From positions 1 to 60,812 of the forward strand of contig JAZQZH010000010.1 in NCBI GenBank assembly GCA_045633945.1: a DNA stretch of 60,812 bases. The letters are read 5' to 3'. The stretch is from Alphaproteobacteria bacterium. GTDB lineage: Bacteria; Pseudomonadota; Alphaproteobacteria; RF32; CAG-239. The notes under the pieces are model-generated. The model ran no database searches. It was not told the origin of the DNA and saw nothing but the letters and a program-made list of their open reading frames with translations. Shown in pieces: positions 1 to 13,511 of this stretch (positions are counted from its first letter, which is position 1; every line of letters begins with the position of its first letter). The translations under genes and the position numbers were made by a program.

Positions 1-33
1 TTAGTGAATATGAAAATAATGTAGGTAGGTAAT

Positions 34-570
34 ATGCGTAAATATTTAAAAATTTTTATTTCTTTTTTTAAGATAGGGTTGTTTACCTTTGGCGGGGGGT
101 ATGCAATGATGCCTATGTTTAGAAAAGAATTAATAGAAAAACATGAATATATTACAGAAGAAGAGCTTCTAGATTATTATTCTATTGGCCAGTGTACTCC
201 TGGAATTATTGCAATAAATGTAGCTACCTTTACAGGATATAAAGTTTATAAAACATTAGGGGCGGTCATTGCAACATTAGGATTAGTTTTGCCTTCTTTG
301 ATTGTAATTATTGTAATAGCTAGATTTTTAAGTGAAATTTCTGGAAATGAAGGTTTGGAGCATGCATTTAATGGCGTTAGAATAGGTATAGTTGTTTTAT
401 TGTTTAATGAACTGATATCTATAGCAAGAAAGAATATAAAGAATCGATTTCATATAATTGTTTTTTTGGTATCATGTGTACTTGTTTTCTTTTTTAACTT
501 ATCTTCTGTTATGGTGGTTGCTATAGCTGGAATTGTTGGTGGAGCAAAATTTTTGAGGAATAATCGATGA
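34..570 (+). CDS. Short-chain chromate transporter (CHR family), subunit 1
   Basis: FFKIGLFTFGGGY and GQCTPG motifs, hydrophobic; paired with next gene by ATGA overlap. Confidence 0.9.
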   Translation: MRKYLKIFISFFKIGLFTFGGGYAMMPMFRKELIEKHEYITEEELLDYYSIGQCTPGIIAINVATFTGYKVYKTLGAVIATLGLVLPSLIVIIVIARFLSEISGNEGLEHAFNGVRIGIVVLLFNELISIARKNIKNRFHIIVFLVSCVLVFFFNLSSVMVVAIAGIVGGAKFLRNNR

Positions 571-1085
571 TTTATTGGTTGTTGTTTTATGAGTTTTTTA
601 AAATAGGTCTTTTTGCGATTGGTGGTGGAGCTGTTACAATTCCTTTTTTGTTTGATTTGAGTGAAAAATATGGGTGGTATAGTAAGGGTGAATTGGTAAA
701 TATGATTGCAGTTTCACAATCAACACCAGGTCCTATAGGGGTTAATATGGCAACATTTGCAGGCTTTCAAACTTCGGGGATTTTGGGCGGGATTATTGCG
801 ACATGTGGTCTTGTTTTACCATCTTTGATTATTGTTATTTTAATTTCAAAAATGTTTAGAAAATATGTAAATACTCCTTGTTGGGTTGAAGTTATGCAAA
901 CAATTAGACCTGTTGTTGTTGCACTTATTTTATTTGCAGCTTCAAAACTTTTTATTTTGAGTGTTACAGATTGGTATAAGGGAATTTTTTCTTTGTTGTT
1001 TTTTTGTATGGTTTATTTTTATAAAAAAAGTCCAATTTTTTATATCTTATTGTCAGCTGTTTTGGGTTTTGTGTTAAAATTATAA
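567..1085 (+). CDS. Short-chain chromate transporter (CHR family), subunit 2
   Basis: FFKIGLFAIGGG and SQSTPGP motifs. Confidence 0.9.
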   Translation: MIYWLLFYEFFKIGLFAIGGGAVTIPFLFDLSEKYGWYSKGELVNMIAVSQSTPGPIGVNMATFAGFQTSGILGGIIATCGLVLPSLIIVILISKMFRKYVNTPCWVEVMQTIRPVVVALILFAASKLFILSVTDWYKGIFSLLFFCMVYFYKKSPIFYILLSAVLGFVLKL

Positions 1086-1236
1086 ATATGTAAATTGATG
1101 TTAAAACTTTATATTAAGAGTTTTTTTATACTAAATACTTGCTATTTAAAATTTTTTGCTATAAAAAGGTATAAAATTTAGAGATTTATTTGCCTTTAAT
1201 ATTTTATTAGAGGCTTTTTTTGAGGAAAAACTTAAT

Positions 1237-3054
1237 ATGGGTATTAGAAATATTGCTATTATTGCTCACGTTGACCACGGAAAAACAACATTGGTTGATG
1301 GTCTTTTGCGTCAAAGTGGTACTTTTAGAGATAATCAAAAAGTTGAAACTTGTGTTATGGATAGTAATGATTTGGAACGCGAGCGTGGTATTACAATTTT
1401 ATCAAAATGTACAGCAGTTGACTGGGAAGGTACACATATCAATATTGTAGATACTCCTGGACACGCAGATTTTGGTGGTGAGGTTGAGCGTATTTTATCT
1501 ATGGTTGATGGGGTTGTGTTGCTTGTGGATTCATCTGAAGGACCAATGCCTCAAACAAAATTTGTATTAGGGAAGGCGCTAAAAATCGGGTTAAAGCCTA
1601 TTGTGGTTATAAATAAAGCAGATAAGCCTGATGCTAGACCAGATGAAGTTTTGAATGAAATTTTTGACTTGTTTGTAAGTTTAGATGCAAATGATGAACA
1701 ATTAGATTTCCCTGTGCTTTATGCTTCAGGGCGTAATGGTTGGGCTGTTGAAGATTTAAGCGAAGAAAAAAAAGATTTAAGACCATTGTTTGAGCTTATT
1801 TTATCTTATGTAAGTGAGCCAAAGTGTGAAAAAGATAAACCTTTTTCTATGCTTGCAACAACATTGGAGGCAGATAAATTTGTTGGTCGTATATTAACTG
1901 GTAAGATTTATAGTGGTACATTAAAAGTTAATGACGCTGTGAAGGTTATTAATCAAAATGGCGAAATTGAGAGAACTAGAATTACCAAGATTATGGCGTA
2001 TCAAGGTTTAGAAAGAGTTGCATTAAATGAAGCTCGTGCTGGAGATATTGTTGCAGTGGCTGGTGTTGTTAAAGGAACAGTTGCAGATACTATTTGTGCG
2101 ATGGATGTTATGGATGCAATAGAAGCACAACCGATTGATCCTCCAACACTATCTATGACATTTTCAGTTAATGATTCTCCTCTTGCTGGTCGTGAAGGTG
2201 ATAAAGTTACTTCTCGTATGATATGGGATAGATTGCAAAAAGAAGCAGAATGTAATATTGCTCTTAAGATATCTCGTTCAGAAACCAGTGAATCATTTGA
2301 AGTTGCAGGTCGTGGTGAGTTGCAGCTTGGTGTGTTGATTGAAACAATGCGTCGTGAAGGCTTCGAGCTTTCTATTTCTCGTCCTAGAGTTTTGATGCAA
2401 AAGGATGAAAATGGTTGTTTGCTAGAACCTGTTGAAGAAGTTGTTGTTGATGTTGATGAAGAGTTTTCAGGTACTGTTGTTGAAAAGCTTAGCCAAAGAA
2501 AGTCTGAACTTTTAGAAATGATTCCATCACAAGTTGGTAATAAGACGAGATTGATATTTAAGGCTCCTGCTAGAGGTTTGATAGGATATCACTCTGACTT
2601 TTTAACAGATACTCGTGGTACAGGTGTTATGAATAGAGTATTTTATGGTTATGAACCATATAAAGGTGATATTGCTAATACTCGTAATGGTGTTTTGATT
2701 TCTAGTGAAGATGGTACAGCGATTGCTTATTCTTTGTGGAAATTGCAAGATAGAGGACCTATGTTTATTGAACACAATAGTCCAGTTTATGTTGGTATGA
2801 TTATTGGTGAGCATACTAAATCTAATGATTTGGAGGTTAATCCAACAAAATCTAAACAGTTGACTAATATTCGTGCAGCGGGTAAAGATGAGGCTATTGA
2901 TCTTATTCCGCCAAGAAGATTATCGTTAGAGCAAGCTCTTTCTTACATTGCGCAAGATGAACTTTTGGAAGTTACTCCAAAATCTCTTAGATTACGTAAA
3001 AAGATTTTGGATCCAATTTTGCGTAAACGCTCTAGAAATGATGTAAATCAATAA
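1237..3054 (+). CDS. typA: Translational GTPase TypA/BipA
   Basis: [32 protein letters not shown], NKxD, C-terminal [11 protein letters not shown]. Confidence 0.98.
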   Translation: MGIRNIAIIAHVDHGKTTLVDGLLRQSGTFRDNQKVETCVMDSNDLERERGITILSKCTAVDWEGTHINIVDTPGHADFGGEVERILSMVDGVVLLVDSSEGPMPQTKFVLGKALKIGLKPIVVINKADKPDARPDEVLNEIFDLFVSLDANDEQLDFPVLYASGRNGWAVEDLSEEKKDLRPLFELILSYVSEPKCEKDKPFSMLATTLEADKFVGRILTGKIYSGTLKVNDAVKVINQNGEIERTRITKIMAYQGLERVALNEARAGDIVAVAGVVKGTVADTICAMDVMDAIEAQPIDPPTLSMTFSVNDSPLAGREGDKVTSRMIWDRLQKEAECNIALKISRSETSESFEVAGRGELQLGVLIETMRREGFELSISRPRVLMQKDENGCLLEPVEEVVVDVDEEFSGTVVEKLSQRKSELLEMIPSQVGNKTRLIFKAPARGLIGYHSDFLTDTRGTGVMNRVFYGYEPYKGDIANTRNGVLISSEDGTAIAYSLWKLQDRGPMFIEHNSPVYVGMIIGEHTKSNDLEVNPTKSKQLTNIRAAGKDEAIDLIPPRRLSLEQALSYIAQDELLEVTPKSLRLRKKILDPILRKRSRNDVNQ

Positions 3055-3072
3055 AAAATGATATTTTAGAAG

Positions 3073-3101
3073 AAAGACTCGTGAATGCGGGTCTTTTTTT
3101 T
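3073..3101 (+). terminator. Rho-independent terminator of typA
   Basis: aagactcgt-gaat-gcgggtctt stem followed by T tract. Confidence 0.8.
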
Positions 3102-3150
3102 GTCTTTAAAATGGGGGGATTGATATTATATTTATTTTTAAGGAGGGTCT

Positions 3151-3810
3151 ATGTTTGGAAGTAAAGTAAAAAAGGAAGAAAGAAAGTTATTTAGGGGTTT
3201 TGTTAAGGGTATATGGCATTTTTGGACTAGTCCTACGGGTGGTTTTATATTGGCAGTATCGGCGATAGCTTTAGGTTATTATCAGTTTTATATTAGTCGT
3301 CCTATTTTGCGATATGATTTGAAAACGGTTAAATTAATATCTTCTAAAAATATTAATGACTATACAGTTGAGGTTGGTGGGAGAAAATATCAAGATCTTT
3401 ATTTAACAAAAGTGTATTTATTTAATTTTGGAAAAGAAGCTTTGTCTGGGCTTGATGTTTCGCATATTGGTAGGGATCCTATTCGTATAGATGTATCCAA
3501 AGAAGCTGGGATGAAGCATTTTAATATTGATAATGAAGAAACAACAAAAGCTATTAGTGCAGAAATAACTCCATATGGAGATAGTTTAGTATTGAGTTTT
3601 GATTTTTTGAATCCTGAATATCAATATGTGGTCAATATTTTGCATACGAACCTGTCTGATGGAATAAAAGTTTCTGGAAGCGCATTAAATGTTAATAGTA
3701 TTAAGAGGGCTATTAGTGATAGAGAGTTAAAGCGTTGGTTGATTTTGGGGCTTTGCTTGGTGTATTTGGTTTTGATTTTAAGGTATATAGTAAAAAAGAA
3801 AAGTAAATAA
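3151..3810 (+). CDS. Hypothetical membrane-anchored protein
   Basis: 219 aa ORF with AAGGAGG SD and N- and C-terminal hydrophobic helices. Confidence 0.75.
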   Translation: MFGSKVKKEERKLFRGFVKGIWHFWTSPTGGFILAVSAIALGYYQFYISRPILRYDLKTVKLISSKNINDYTVEVGGRKYQDLYLTKVYLFNFGKEALSGLDVSHIGRDPIRIDVSKEAGMKHFNIDNEETTKAISAEITPYGDSLVLSFDFLNPEYQYVVNILHTNLSDGIKVSGSALNVNSIKRAISDRELKRWLILGLCLVYLVLILRYIVKKKSK

Positions 3811-3911
3811 TTTTGTAGTAGGTATTTTGTGTGTAATAAGTATTTTTGCTGCAATTTATTTTAAATTTGTTCTATTATGTTTGATAGTTAAAATATAATA
3901 GATGATAGTAA

Positions 3912-5504
3912 ATGAAGTGGTTGAATAATTTTTATTTGAAAGCAGGGGCGAAAAGCTTAATTATTTTAAGCATAATGTATGCTTATTCAATATGTTATTT
4001 TTATTGGGGAAACCACGATTGGATATATCTAAAAGACAAAGCCACTCTTAGTGATGGTTTTTTTGAGGCAAGATATTCTATGCAACTTTTTAATATTTTG
4101 TTTTCTGACGGGCATATTTTGCCAGTATTTGTAATATTTTTATTGGAAGTTGGATTTGTTTTTTTTAGTATTATTTCTGGTTTATATTTAGGGTTTGATA
4201 AAAAATCAAAAGAGTTTTTGCTTTTTGTGTTGTTGGTTGGAGTTTTTCCATATAATCTTATAGTTTCATATTATCTGTTTATCGCTGTGCCACTTATTTG
4301 GTGGGCTGTCTTTGGGGTTTTGTTATTGTTTTTAACAGAAAACTCTTTAGTGTGGTGGAGGTTTATATGTGGAGTATTGGGATATACTTTGTTGCTTGGG
4401 AGTTATCCTCCAAATGTTGCCTTGATTATGGTTTTATTTTGTGCAAAGCAAATCGTTGCATATGTTATAAAAAATGAAGCTATAAAAACTATCATTAAAA
4501 GAGTTTTTTGGTGGCTTGGACAGTTTTTATGCGGTTGTGTTTTATTTAAGGTTATTGCAACATATGTTTCTGGTTTTGAAGGAAATATGTATAATGTTGG
4601 TATTTACAATTTTAATGAGATTTTGAACAATGTTGCTAAAGAACTATTAATGTCAATTTATGGTTTATTTTTGTTAAAGTCTGAGCTTGGTTTGTTGTGT
4701 GTGATTTTTTTAATAACAATATTGATGTTGTCTTGTTTTTGGGTGTTGTTGCATGCAAAAAATAAATTATTTGTAGCGATACTTATTATAGCAATGCTTG
4801 TTGCTTCAAGATTTATGTTTTTAGTTTCTCCATCATCTAGTGTTGCATCTTTTAGAGGTGGATATTGGGGAGTTTTAGGGTTATTAATATTTGCACTGGT
4901 GATTTTGAATTTGGAAAATAAGTTGTGGTTTAGGAATTGCTTATTTGTTTTTGAGGTGGTGTTTTTATTGTTTTTTATAAGGATTGATATTGAAGCTCAA
5001 AAAACAAAGAATTTGCTTTTTAAGTCTGATATGAAATTTAATGAAAGACTAAAGGTGCGAATAGAAGAAAATGAAAACTATGATAAAAATAATACATATA
5101 TGTCTTTAAGTTTAGGGTCTAAAAGTAATATTGAACATTTTTGTGTTAATGGATGTGATGGGTATAAAAATGAGATTTTAAGTCCTGTAGCTATGAGTAT
5201 GGATTTAATACCGTTAATGTTTTTTGATGATGAAGAATATAAAATTCATACAAAATTAGGAATATGGTCTAATTATATTTGGAATATATATGATGAAAAG
5301 TTTTTTAGTCCAGATGCATTAATGGAGCATGAAATTAGCAGCGATGAGAATGATGTTAAGTCGTGGATTTATATGAAGGCAAAACCTTGGCCTCATAAAG
5401 ATAGTATATATATTGACAGAGGATTAATACTTTTGTTGCTTGATGATAAAAAAGTATATGTGGATGCTAAATTGTTTTTGAATTATCTAAAAGAAAATCG
5501 TTAG
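3912..5504 (+). CDS. GtrII-like (GT-C fold) membrane glycosyltransferase, paralog 1
   Basis: Multi-TM; WGNHDW, FEARYS, LGSYPP, KPWP..SIYID motifs shared with four other ORFs in the window. Confidence 0.7.
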   Translation: MKWLNNFYLKAGAKSLIILSIMYAYSICYFYWGNHDWIYLKDKATLSDGFFEARYSMQLFNILFSDGHILPVFVIFLLEVGFVFFSIISGLYLGFDKKSKEFLLFVLLVGVFPYNLIVSYYLFIAVPLIWWAVFGVLLLFLTENSLVWWRFICGVLGYTLLLGSYPPNVALIMVLFCAKQIVAYVIKNEAIKTIIKRVFWWLGQFLCGCVLFKVIATYVSGFEGNMYNVGIYNFNEILNNVAKELLMSIYGLFLLKSELGLLCVIFLITILMLSCFWVLLHAKNKLFVAILIIAMLVASRFMFLVSPSSSVASFRGGYWGVLGLLIFALVILNLENKLWFRNCLFVFEVVFLLFFIRIDIEAQKTKNLLFKSDMKFNERLKVRIEENENYDKNNTYMSLSLGSKSNIEHFCVNGCDGYKNEILSPVAMSMDLIPLMFFDDEEYKIHTKLGIWSNYIWNIYDEKFFSPDALMEHEISSDENDVKSWIYMKAKPWPHKDSIYIDRGLILLLLDDKKVYVDAKLFLNYLKENR

Positions 5505-5597
5505 GTTTTGTTGAAAACATTATATGTGGTTAAAAGTATTTTAAATTATTATGTACTAGTTTGATTAAAGATAATTTGTTTTTTTAGGAGAATAAAA

Positions 5598-6236
5598 ATG
5601 AAAAAATCTTTTATTTGTAGTTTGTTGGCGTTTTTGATATTAAGTGCTTGCGCAACAGATCCTTATACTGGTGAGCGCAAGGTCTCTAATAGTGCGTGGG
5701 GTTCAGGTATTGGAGCATTGGCTGGCGCTGGTGTGGGAGCCTTAGTTGGTGGAGAAAAAGGAGCATTGATTGGTGCAGGTGTTGGTGCAGCTGCGGGACT
5801 TGGAACGGGTGGATATATGGATATTCAGGAGCAAGCATTGCGTCGTGAATTATTAAATTCTGGTGTTCAAGTTAAGAAGATAAATGGTCAGATATATTTG
5901 ATTATGCCAGGAAATATTACATTTGATAGTAATGATGCTAATATAAAGACAAGTTTTCAACCTGTATTAAGCTCTATTGCAAAAGTAATTAAAGAATATA
6001 ATAAAACAATGGTTCAGGTTAATGGATATACAGATAGTACGGGAAGTGCAGCATTGAATAATTCGCTATCTTTAATGCGAGCAAATTCTGTATCTAATTA
6101 TTTGCGCATAAAGGGAGTGGATGCTAATAGAATTGTAGCAAATGGATATGGTAGTTCTAACCCTGTTGCATCTAACTCTACAGCATATGGACGTGAACAG
6201 AATAGACGTGTTGAAATTGTTTTGATTAATAAGTAA
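5598..6236 (+). CDS. OmpA-family lipoprotein (YiaD-like, glycine zipper)
   Basis: Lipobox LSAC, Gly-zipper, GYTDSTG..N..LS..RA and QNRRVEI motifs. Confidence 0.92.
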   Translation: MKKSFICSLLAFLILSACATDPYTGERKVSNSAWGSGIGALAGAGVGALVGGEKGALIGAGVGAAAGLGTGGYMDIQEQALRRELLNSGVQVKKINGQIYLIMPGNITFDSNDANIKTSFQPVLSSIAKVIKEYNKTMVQVNGYTDSTGSAALNNSLSLMRANSVSNYLRIKGVDANRIVANGYGSSNPVASNSTAYGREQNRRVEIVLINK

Positions 6237-6288
6237 TTGTTGTATCTTGTTAAGTAAGAATAGGTTTTTTTACTTCAATGGGGTTTAA

Positions 6289-7881
6289 GTGGTGACTACA
6301 GAATTTAAAAGCTATATAAAAACAATACTAGTGTCTGTGGGACTCTTGAGTGTTGTATATTTTTATATGTTTTGTAATTTTTGGTGGGGAAATCACGATT
6401 GGGGATATTTAAAAAGTGGCGCAAGTGTTGAGTCTGGTTTGTTTGAGGCAAGATATAGCCAGCATTTGTTTACTCTTCTTTTTTTAGATGGTCATATATT
6501 ACCTATTCTTACTTTTTTGTGTGGTTTTGTTTGTATTTCGATACAAGCAATTTTGATTGGAAAATATTTTAATCTTTCTAGTAAAAGTTATGCCTGTATT
6601 GCGTTGTTTATTGGGGTGAATCCTCATATTTATGCGCTTTTTTATTATGTGTATTTGTTTTTTCCGTTTGTCATTTGGAGCTTGGTTGGATGTCTTTTGT
6701 TATTTTTGACTGAAGGCTGTTATAGGGTGTGGAAATATTTAGTAGCGGTTTGTGGATATGTTTTACTGTTGGGTAGTTATCCTCCTAATCTAGCTTTAAT
6801 TTTTGTGCTTTTTGCTGGTAAAAGAGTGCTTTTGTATGCTGAGGGAAAAGAGAATTTAAAAAATGTTTTTGTGCGTATTGCGTTTTGGGTTGGGCAAGTT
6901 ATTGTATCTGTAGTTATTTATAAAATTATTTATAATTATCTTTTAGATAGACAATTAATAAATACCGATATGTATAATATAAAAACAAAATCTATTATGG
7001 AGATTTTGTCTTATTTGCCGTTGGAATTATGGAATTCTATATCGCAATTGTTTTATGGGTTCTCTTTTATGGGGGGATGGTATTTTCTTCCGTTATTTTT
7101 GTTGGTTGTGGTGGCGTTTTGGGTGCTAATGCAAAAAGATAAAAACAAGTTTGCAATGTTTTTGGGCTTTGTTTTTGTTCTGTTGATGTCGCGTTTTTCT
7201 TTTATTGTATCATCTCATTCGGAGTATGCTATTTTTAGGTTAATGTATTGGGGGAGATTGGGAGTATATCTTTTTTGCTTGGCAGTTTTATTTAATGAGC
7301 ATAAAAAATTGGTGAAAAATATATTATTTATTATTTTGATGGTGTTTTTTGTAAAAAATGTGACTGCAAATTACGAAATTCAAAAGGTGCAAAATTTTGG
7401 TTTTGTAGTTGGGCGATCATATCAGAAGAAATTGATTGATACCATAGCTTTGAATCCAAAGTTTGATAAAAATGCTGAATATATATCTTTTAGTTTTGGT
7501 CAGCCAAATTTTAGAGAAAAATTTTATAGTGATAAGTATAAGACAGGGGAGTTAATTGGGTTAAAACTTGTTTTTGAGTTTGATATGGTTAATTTCCTCT
7601 TTTGGGAAGAGGTTAAGAGTCCTGTTATTATTGGGGCGGGGATTAGTGGTAATTTGATACTTCGTGTTGATAGGGGAGGTAAGGAAAAGTGGTTGAGTAG
7701 AGATTATTGGCAAAACAATCCTCAAAATATGGAAAAAATAAGGTATTGGCTGTATGTAAATGCAAAGCCTTATCCTAGTGATGATGCTGTTTATGTGGAT
7801 GATAAATATTTGATTTTAGTTTTGGATCCGCATGTTTTTTATAAGCGAAGAGAACTTGTGGCAAGATCGCTTGATAAATGA
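6289..7881 (+). CDS. GtrII-like (GT-C fold) membrane glycosyltransferase, paralog 2
   Basis: WGNHDW, GLFEARYSQ, DGHILP, LGSYPP, AKPYP motifs. Confidence 0.7.
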   Translation: MVTTEFKSYIKTILVSVGLLSVVYFYMFCNFWWGNHDWGYLKSGASVESGLFEARYSQHLFTLLFLDGHILPILTFLCGFVCISIQAILIGKYFNLSSKSYACIALFIGVNPHIYALFYYVYLFFPFVIWSLVGCLLLFLTEGCYRVWKYLVAVCGYVLLLGSYPPNLALIFVLFAGKRVLLYAEGKENLKNVFVRIAFWVGQVIVSVVIYKIIYNYLLDRQLINTDMYNIKTKSIMEILSYLPLELWNSISQLFYGFSFMGGWYFLPLFLLVVVAFWVLMQKDKNKFAMFLGFVFVLLMSRFSFIVSSHSEYAIFRLMYWGRLGVYLFCLAVLFNEHKKLVKNILFIILMVFFVKNVTANYEIQKVQNFGFVVGRSYQKKLIDTIALNPKFDKNAEYISFSFGQPNFREKFYSDKYKTGELIGLKLVFEFDMVNFLFWEEVKSPVIIGAGISGNLILRVDRGGKEKWLSRDYWQNNPQNMEKIRYWLYVNAKPYPSDDAVYVDDKYLILVLDPHVFYKRRELVARSLDK

Positions 7882-7975
7882 TGTTTTTTTTGTTGATAAA
7901 ATAGCTGAAAACGTAAATTTTACTTGGTTATAAATGAGATAGTGCTATATTCGAATAAATATGTGATTTAAATAA

Positions 7976-10429
<2,454 letters not shown>

Positions 10430-10446
10430 TTAGTTATATGTTTTGT

Positions 10447-10480
10447 AAAAGAAAGCCTCTAATTAAAGAGGCTTTCTTTT
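10447..10480. terminator. Bidirectional terminator between gyrB and porin gene
   Basis: aaaagaaagcctct...agaggctttctttt inverted repeat between convergent genes. Confidence 0.85.
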
Positions 10481-10481
10481 A

Positions 10482-11582
10482 CTATAAATCGAGATTAAGA
10501 CTAACTGAAAAAATTGCTAAAGGAGAATTTTCTTTGTATTTGTGATTGATGTATAGTTGTATATCTGGTCTTATTGATACATTAGAATTGAGTTTATAAT
10601 CATAGTATGTTTCTAGGATATGTTCTTTAGATGTGGTATTGTTTATTCTATTTGTTGAATATGCTACAGCAAATTGATCGGAATTATTGCGATTAAAAGG
10701 GTTATCATATAAAAAACCCAATGAGTATGATTTGTTTATGATTGGATATTGTCCTGTTGCACCATTTAGTCTAAAGAATATGCTATGTTTTGAGCTTATG
10801 TCTTGAGTTAGATATAATGACCAACCTTGACTGCTAAATGGAGATTTTTTAACAGAAGGTTTATCATATATAAGTAAACTATATGAACCATGGTATTTGT
10901 TTTTGAATTTTGGAGTATAATTAAGTGATAAAAAAGAAGAATATTTATCAAAACTTTTAAAATGTATGCTGTTTGCTAGAGGATTTGTCGCATCTATTGC
11001 GCCAAAGCTTAAGGAGGTGTTATTATTTAGTTTAAGCTCTGTAAATGCTCCAATTCCAGCTGTTGGATAGGTAAAGGTTGTGTTTTGCGCAAGAGCAGAG
11101 TTGAGAAAGTAATAACGTTGTAAGTTGCTTGCTATGGGACAGTCAAATTTTGATATTGGGATTTGACCTAAGCCAAGTGTTATGAAGTTATATTTTTGGT
11201 TAAATGTGTGGCTAAAGTATAATTCATATAACTCATTATAATTTGTATCATAATTGTTAAATAGTGTTGCTATATGATATTTGGGTGCGACATCTAGGGG
11301 GGCTTTTTGCGGAAAACGTACAAAGTTTGCAGAAAAATTGAGCAAAGTTTTTCCTAAATTGCTATTTAAGATGTCTTTTGTTAAATATGGGGTTATGATA
11401 TTTCTGGATACAGTGTTTGATGAGATTTTTTGCATTGTATAAGAAATGTTTATTCCAAAATTTAAATTGTTTTTTGTTTCAAAACTTGTTTTTAGCTTAT
11501 CATATTGTGTTAAATAATCTAATGCATTTGCTTTAATTGAACAAAGTAAGAGAAGAATGCTAAAAAGTAGTCTTTTTACCAT
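10482..11582 (-). CDS. Carbohydrate-selective porin (OprB-like)
   Basis: Signal peptide; FLNSAL, ETYY..L...VSIRPDIQLYIN C-terminal beta-strand pattern. Confidence 0.7.
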   Translation of the reverse strand: MVKRLLFSILLLLCSIKANALDYLTQYDKLKTSFETKNNLNFGINISYTMQKISSNTVSRNIITPYLTKDILNSNLGKTLLNFSANFVRFPQKAPLDVAPKYHIATLFNNYDTNYNELYELYFSHTFNQKYNFITLGLGQIPISKFDCPIASNLQRYYFLNSALAQNTTFTYPTAGIGAFTELKLNNNTSLSFGAIDATNPLANSIHFKSFDKYSSFLSLNYTPKFKNKYHGSYSLLIYDKPSVKKSPFSSQGWSLYLTQDISSKHSIFFRLNGATGQYPIINKSYSLGFLYDNPFNRNNSDQFAVAYSTNRINNTTSKEHILETYYDYKLNSNVSIRPDIQLYINHKYKENSPLAIFSVSLNLDL

Positions 11583-11617
11583 GATAAAAGTCCTTTTTTA
11601 TTGATGAATAATGTTAT

Positions 11618-12439
11618 TTATATATCTAATTTGTTTAGATGATAGTCCACAAGCTTTCCTCCGTAGCACACGATGTTTGAGATGCCATAAGATAGTTTTT
11701 TGATGTAAAAAGTGATAGGAACACCTTTATATATCCATTCTATTCTATCAAAAAACTCATTGTCTTGATGAATAACATCTGCGTGTTTGCTCATAAACTC
11801 AATAACTCTTTTAGCATCTTCTTTGGTTAGGGAATTTTCCATAATCCATTTAGAGTATGGGTTATCAATTTTGCCATTTAAGGTGTTTAGGTTTAGAGTT
11901 TTTAAGCTAACGGTTTTGATATTTGGATAAGTGTCGATGTATTTTTTTATCTCAGTTAGATATTCATCAAAGCTTTTGTGTTTTAGCATAACGTAGTTTA
12001 ATCTAACATTTGCTTTGGAAAACAATGGAGAGTTTATATAATCTTTATCATACCCTAAAATTTTCATATCTTTGGTGCTATCAAAATCTACCCTTGTGAT
12101 TTCAATAATAAAGTCGTCTTTGATTAGGTCTAATTTATCTTTTTCGTAAAAGATATTTCCTGAAGATTGGAAGCGTTTTTCATCAAAAAGATTAACATTT
12201 CTGGTTGCGCTTACAACTTTATTAATTGTTTCAATGCTGTGTAGTGATGGTTCACCATTTCCGCAGAAAATAAAGTATCTAAAGTTTATATCTTTTGATT
12301 TTAAGTATCTGAATTTGTTTTCTAGCTCATCAACTTTGTCATCAACAGAGGGCCATTTGGTTATTTTGGCTGTGCAGTAAGGGCAGTTTTTGTTGCATTT
12401 AAAAGACGATAAAATCAGTTCAAATTCTTTGTATTTCAT
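11618..12439 (-). CDS. Radical SAM protein, function unknown
   Basis: CNKNCPYC (CxxxCxxC) and GNGEP motifs. Confidence 0.85.
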   Translation of the reverse strand: MKYKEFELILSSFKCNKNCPYCTAKITKWPSVDDKVDELENKFRYLKSKDINFRYFIFCGNGEPSLHSIETINKVVSATRNVNLFDEKRFQSSGNIFYEKDKLDLIKDDFIIEITRVDFDSTKDMKILGYDKDYINSPLFSKANVRLNYVMLKHKSFDEYLTEIKKYIDTYPNIKTVSLKTLNLNTLNGKIDNPYSKWIMENSLTKEDAKRVIEFMSKHADVIHQDNEFFDRIEWIYKGVPITFYIKKLSYGISNIVCYGGKLVDYHLNKLDI

Positions 12440-12440
12440 G

Positions 12441-12953
12441 TTAAAATTCCTCCTTAATGGTTTGGTTGATTAATGGCACAATTTCTGAATAGTCTTTGTA
12501 TTTTATGATTGTTATGTCTGTGCTTCTTTTTATGGCATCAGCTATTGCAAACCAATATTCTGACTTGATAGTGTAATTTGAATCTTCTTCTTGATACAAG
12601 ATGATGATTTTTTTGTTGGCATTTAGCGCCCAACCTAGTTCTACAATGCTTCCGCTTGAGAAGGTTTCTCCAAAAACAACTACAAAAGCATCGCTTTGAG
12701 TAATTAAATTGTATTCGGCATTTAAAACCTCGTTACAATCGGTTGATGTGAAGTTGCCATTTGATGCTTGCTCGCAATAAAATGGTCCAGCATATTCAAA
12801 TTTGCTGTTTACTATAAGGTTGTTTTGATAATGGGTTAGTAATTTAGAGGAGCCTAATAATTGAGAACGGAAGTCGTTTTTTAGAGCATTTTCAAGCGAA
12901 ATTTTGGGTTGCTTTATTTTGTTAAATTTGCCTGCGAAATAGATTTTCTTCAT
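12441..12953 (-). CDS. Nucleoside 2-deoxyribosyltransferase / nucleotide N-hydrolase family protein
   Basis: N-terminal KIYFAG, ITQSD and SSGSIVELGWA catalytic-Glu motif; start at 12953 (ATGA overlap, AGGAG SD) rather than 13016. Confidence 0.75.
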   Translation of the reverse strand: MKKIYFAGKFNKIKQPKISLENALKNDFRSQLLGSSKLLTHYQNNLIVNSKFEYAGPFYCEQASNGNFTSTDCNEVLNAEYNLITQSDAFVVVFGETFSSGSIVELGWALNANKKIIILYQEEDSNYTIKSEYWFAIADAIKRSTDITIIKYKDYSEIVPLINQTIKEEF

Positions 12954-13507
12954 TTTAAATCTCCTTTCATTATTTTTGACCAGTTTATAAAGGAGGCGAT
13001 TGCCATTATTGTCCAAACAATGTTTAGAAAAATTAGGTAGTATGCCTCTCTTTCTAGTTGGCTATATTGGATGACATATAAAATGTCGTTTACAAACCAT
13101 ATTACCCATGTGTCTAGTTTCTTTTTTACCATGTAATAGGTGGCAACAAGTGATGATATTGTTGTAAAAGAATCAAGAAGAGGTAATGGATCGTTGGTTT
13201 TTGATAATGCTGAAAAAAGAATAAGCGAGCCACAAATTATAACCAGTATGTATAAAAAACGTTCTTTGTTTGTGCATTCAGTTATTTTAAGTGAACTTTC
13301 GTTTTTCCATAAAAACCAACCGATAATGCCCAAAAATAAATAAATAATATTATTGCAAACGTCGCCGTATAGCTTATTTAAGTAAGAAAATAAAATAAGG
13401 CAGAGGATTTGAGCAATATAAAATATCCAATTGCTACGCTTGTTAAAGAGCACAAGAACCCCTTGCAACAATCCGAGGACTGTTGCACAAATTTCTAATG
13501 TTAGCAT
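12950..13507 (-). CDS. pnuC: PnuC-family nucleoside/vitamin transporter
   Basis: LEICAT...SNW, IIGWFLW, PLLDSFTT..SLVATY, WVIWFVND motifs. Confidence 0.85.
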   Translation of the reverse strand: MLTLEICATVLGLLQGVLVLFNKRSNWIFYIAQILCLILFSYLNKLYGDVCNNIIYLFLGIIGWFLWKNESSLKITECTNKERFLYILVIICGSLILFSALSKTNDPLPLLDSFTTISSLVATYYMVKKKLDTWVIWFVNDILYVIQYSQLEREAYYLIFLNIVWTIMAIASFINWSKIMKGDLK

Positions 13508-13511
13508 GATT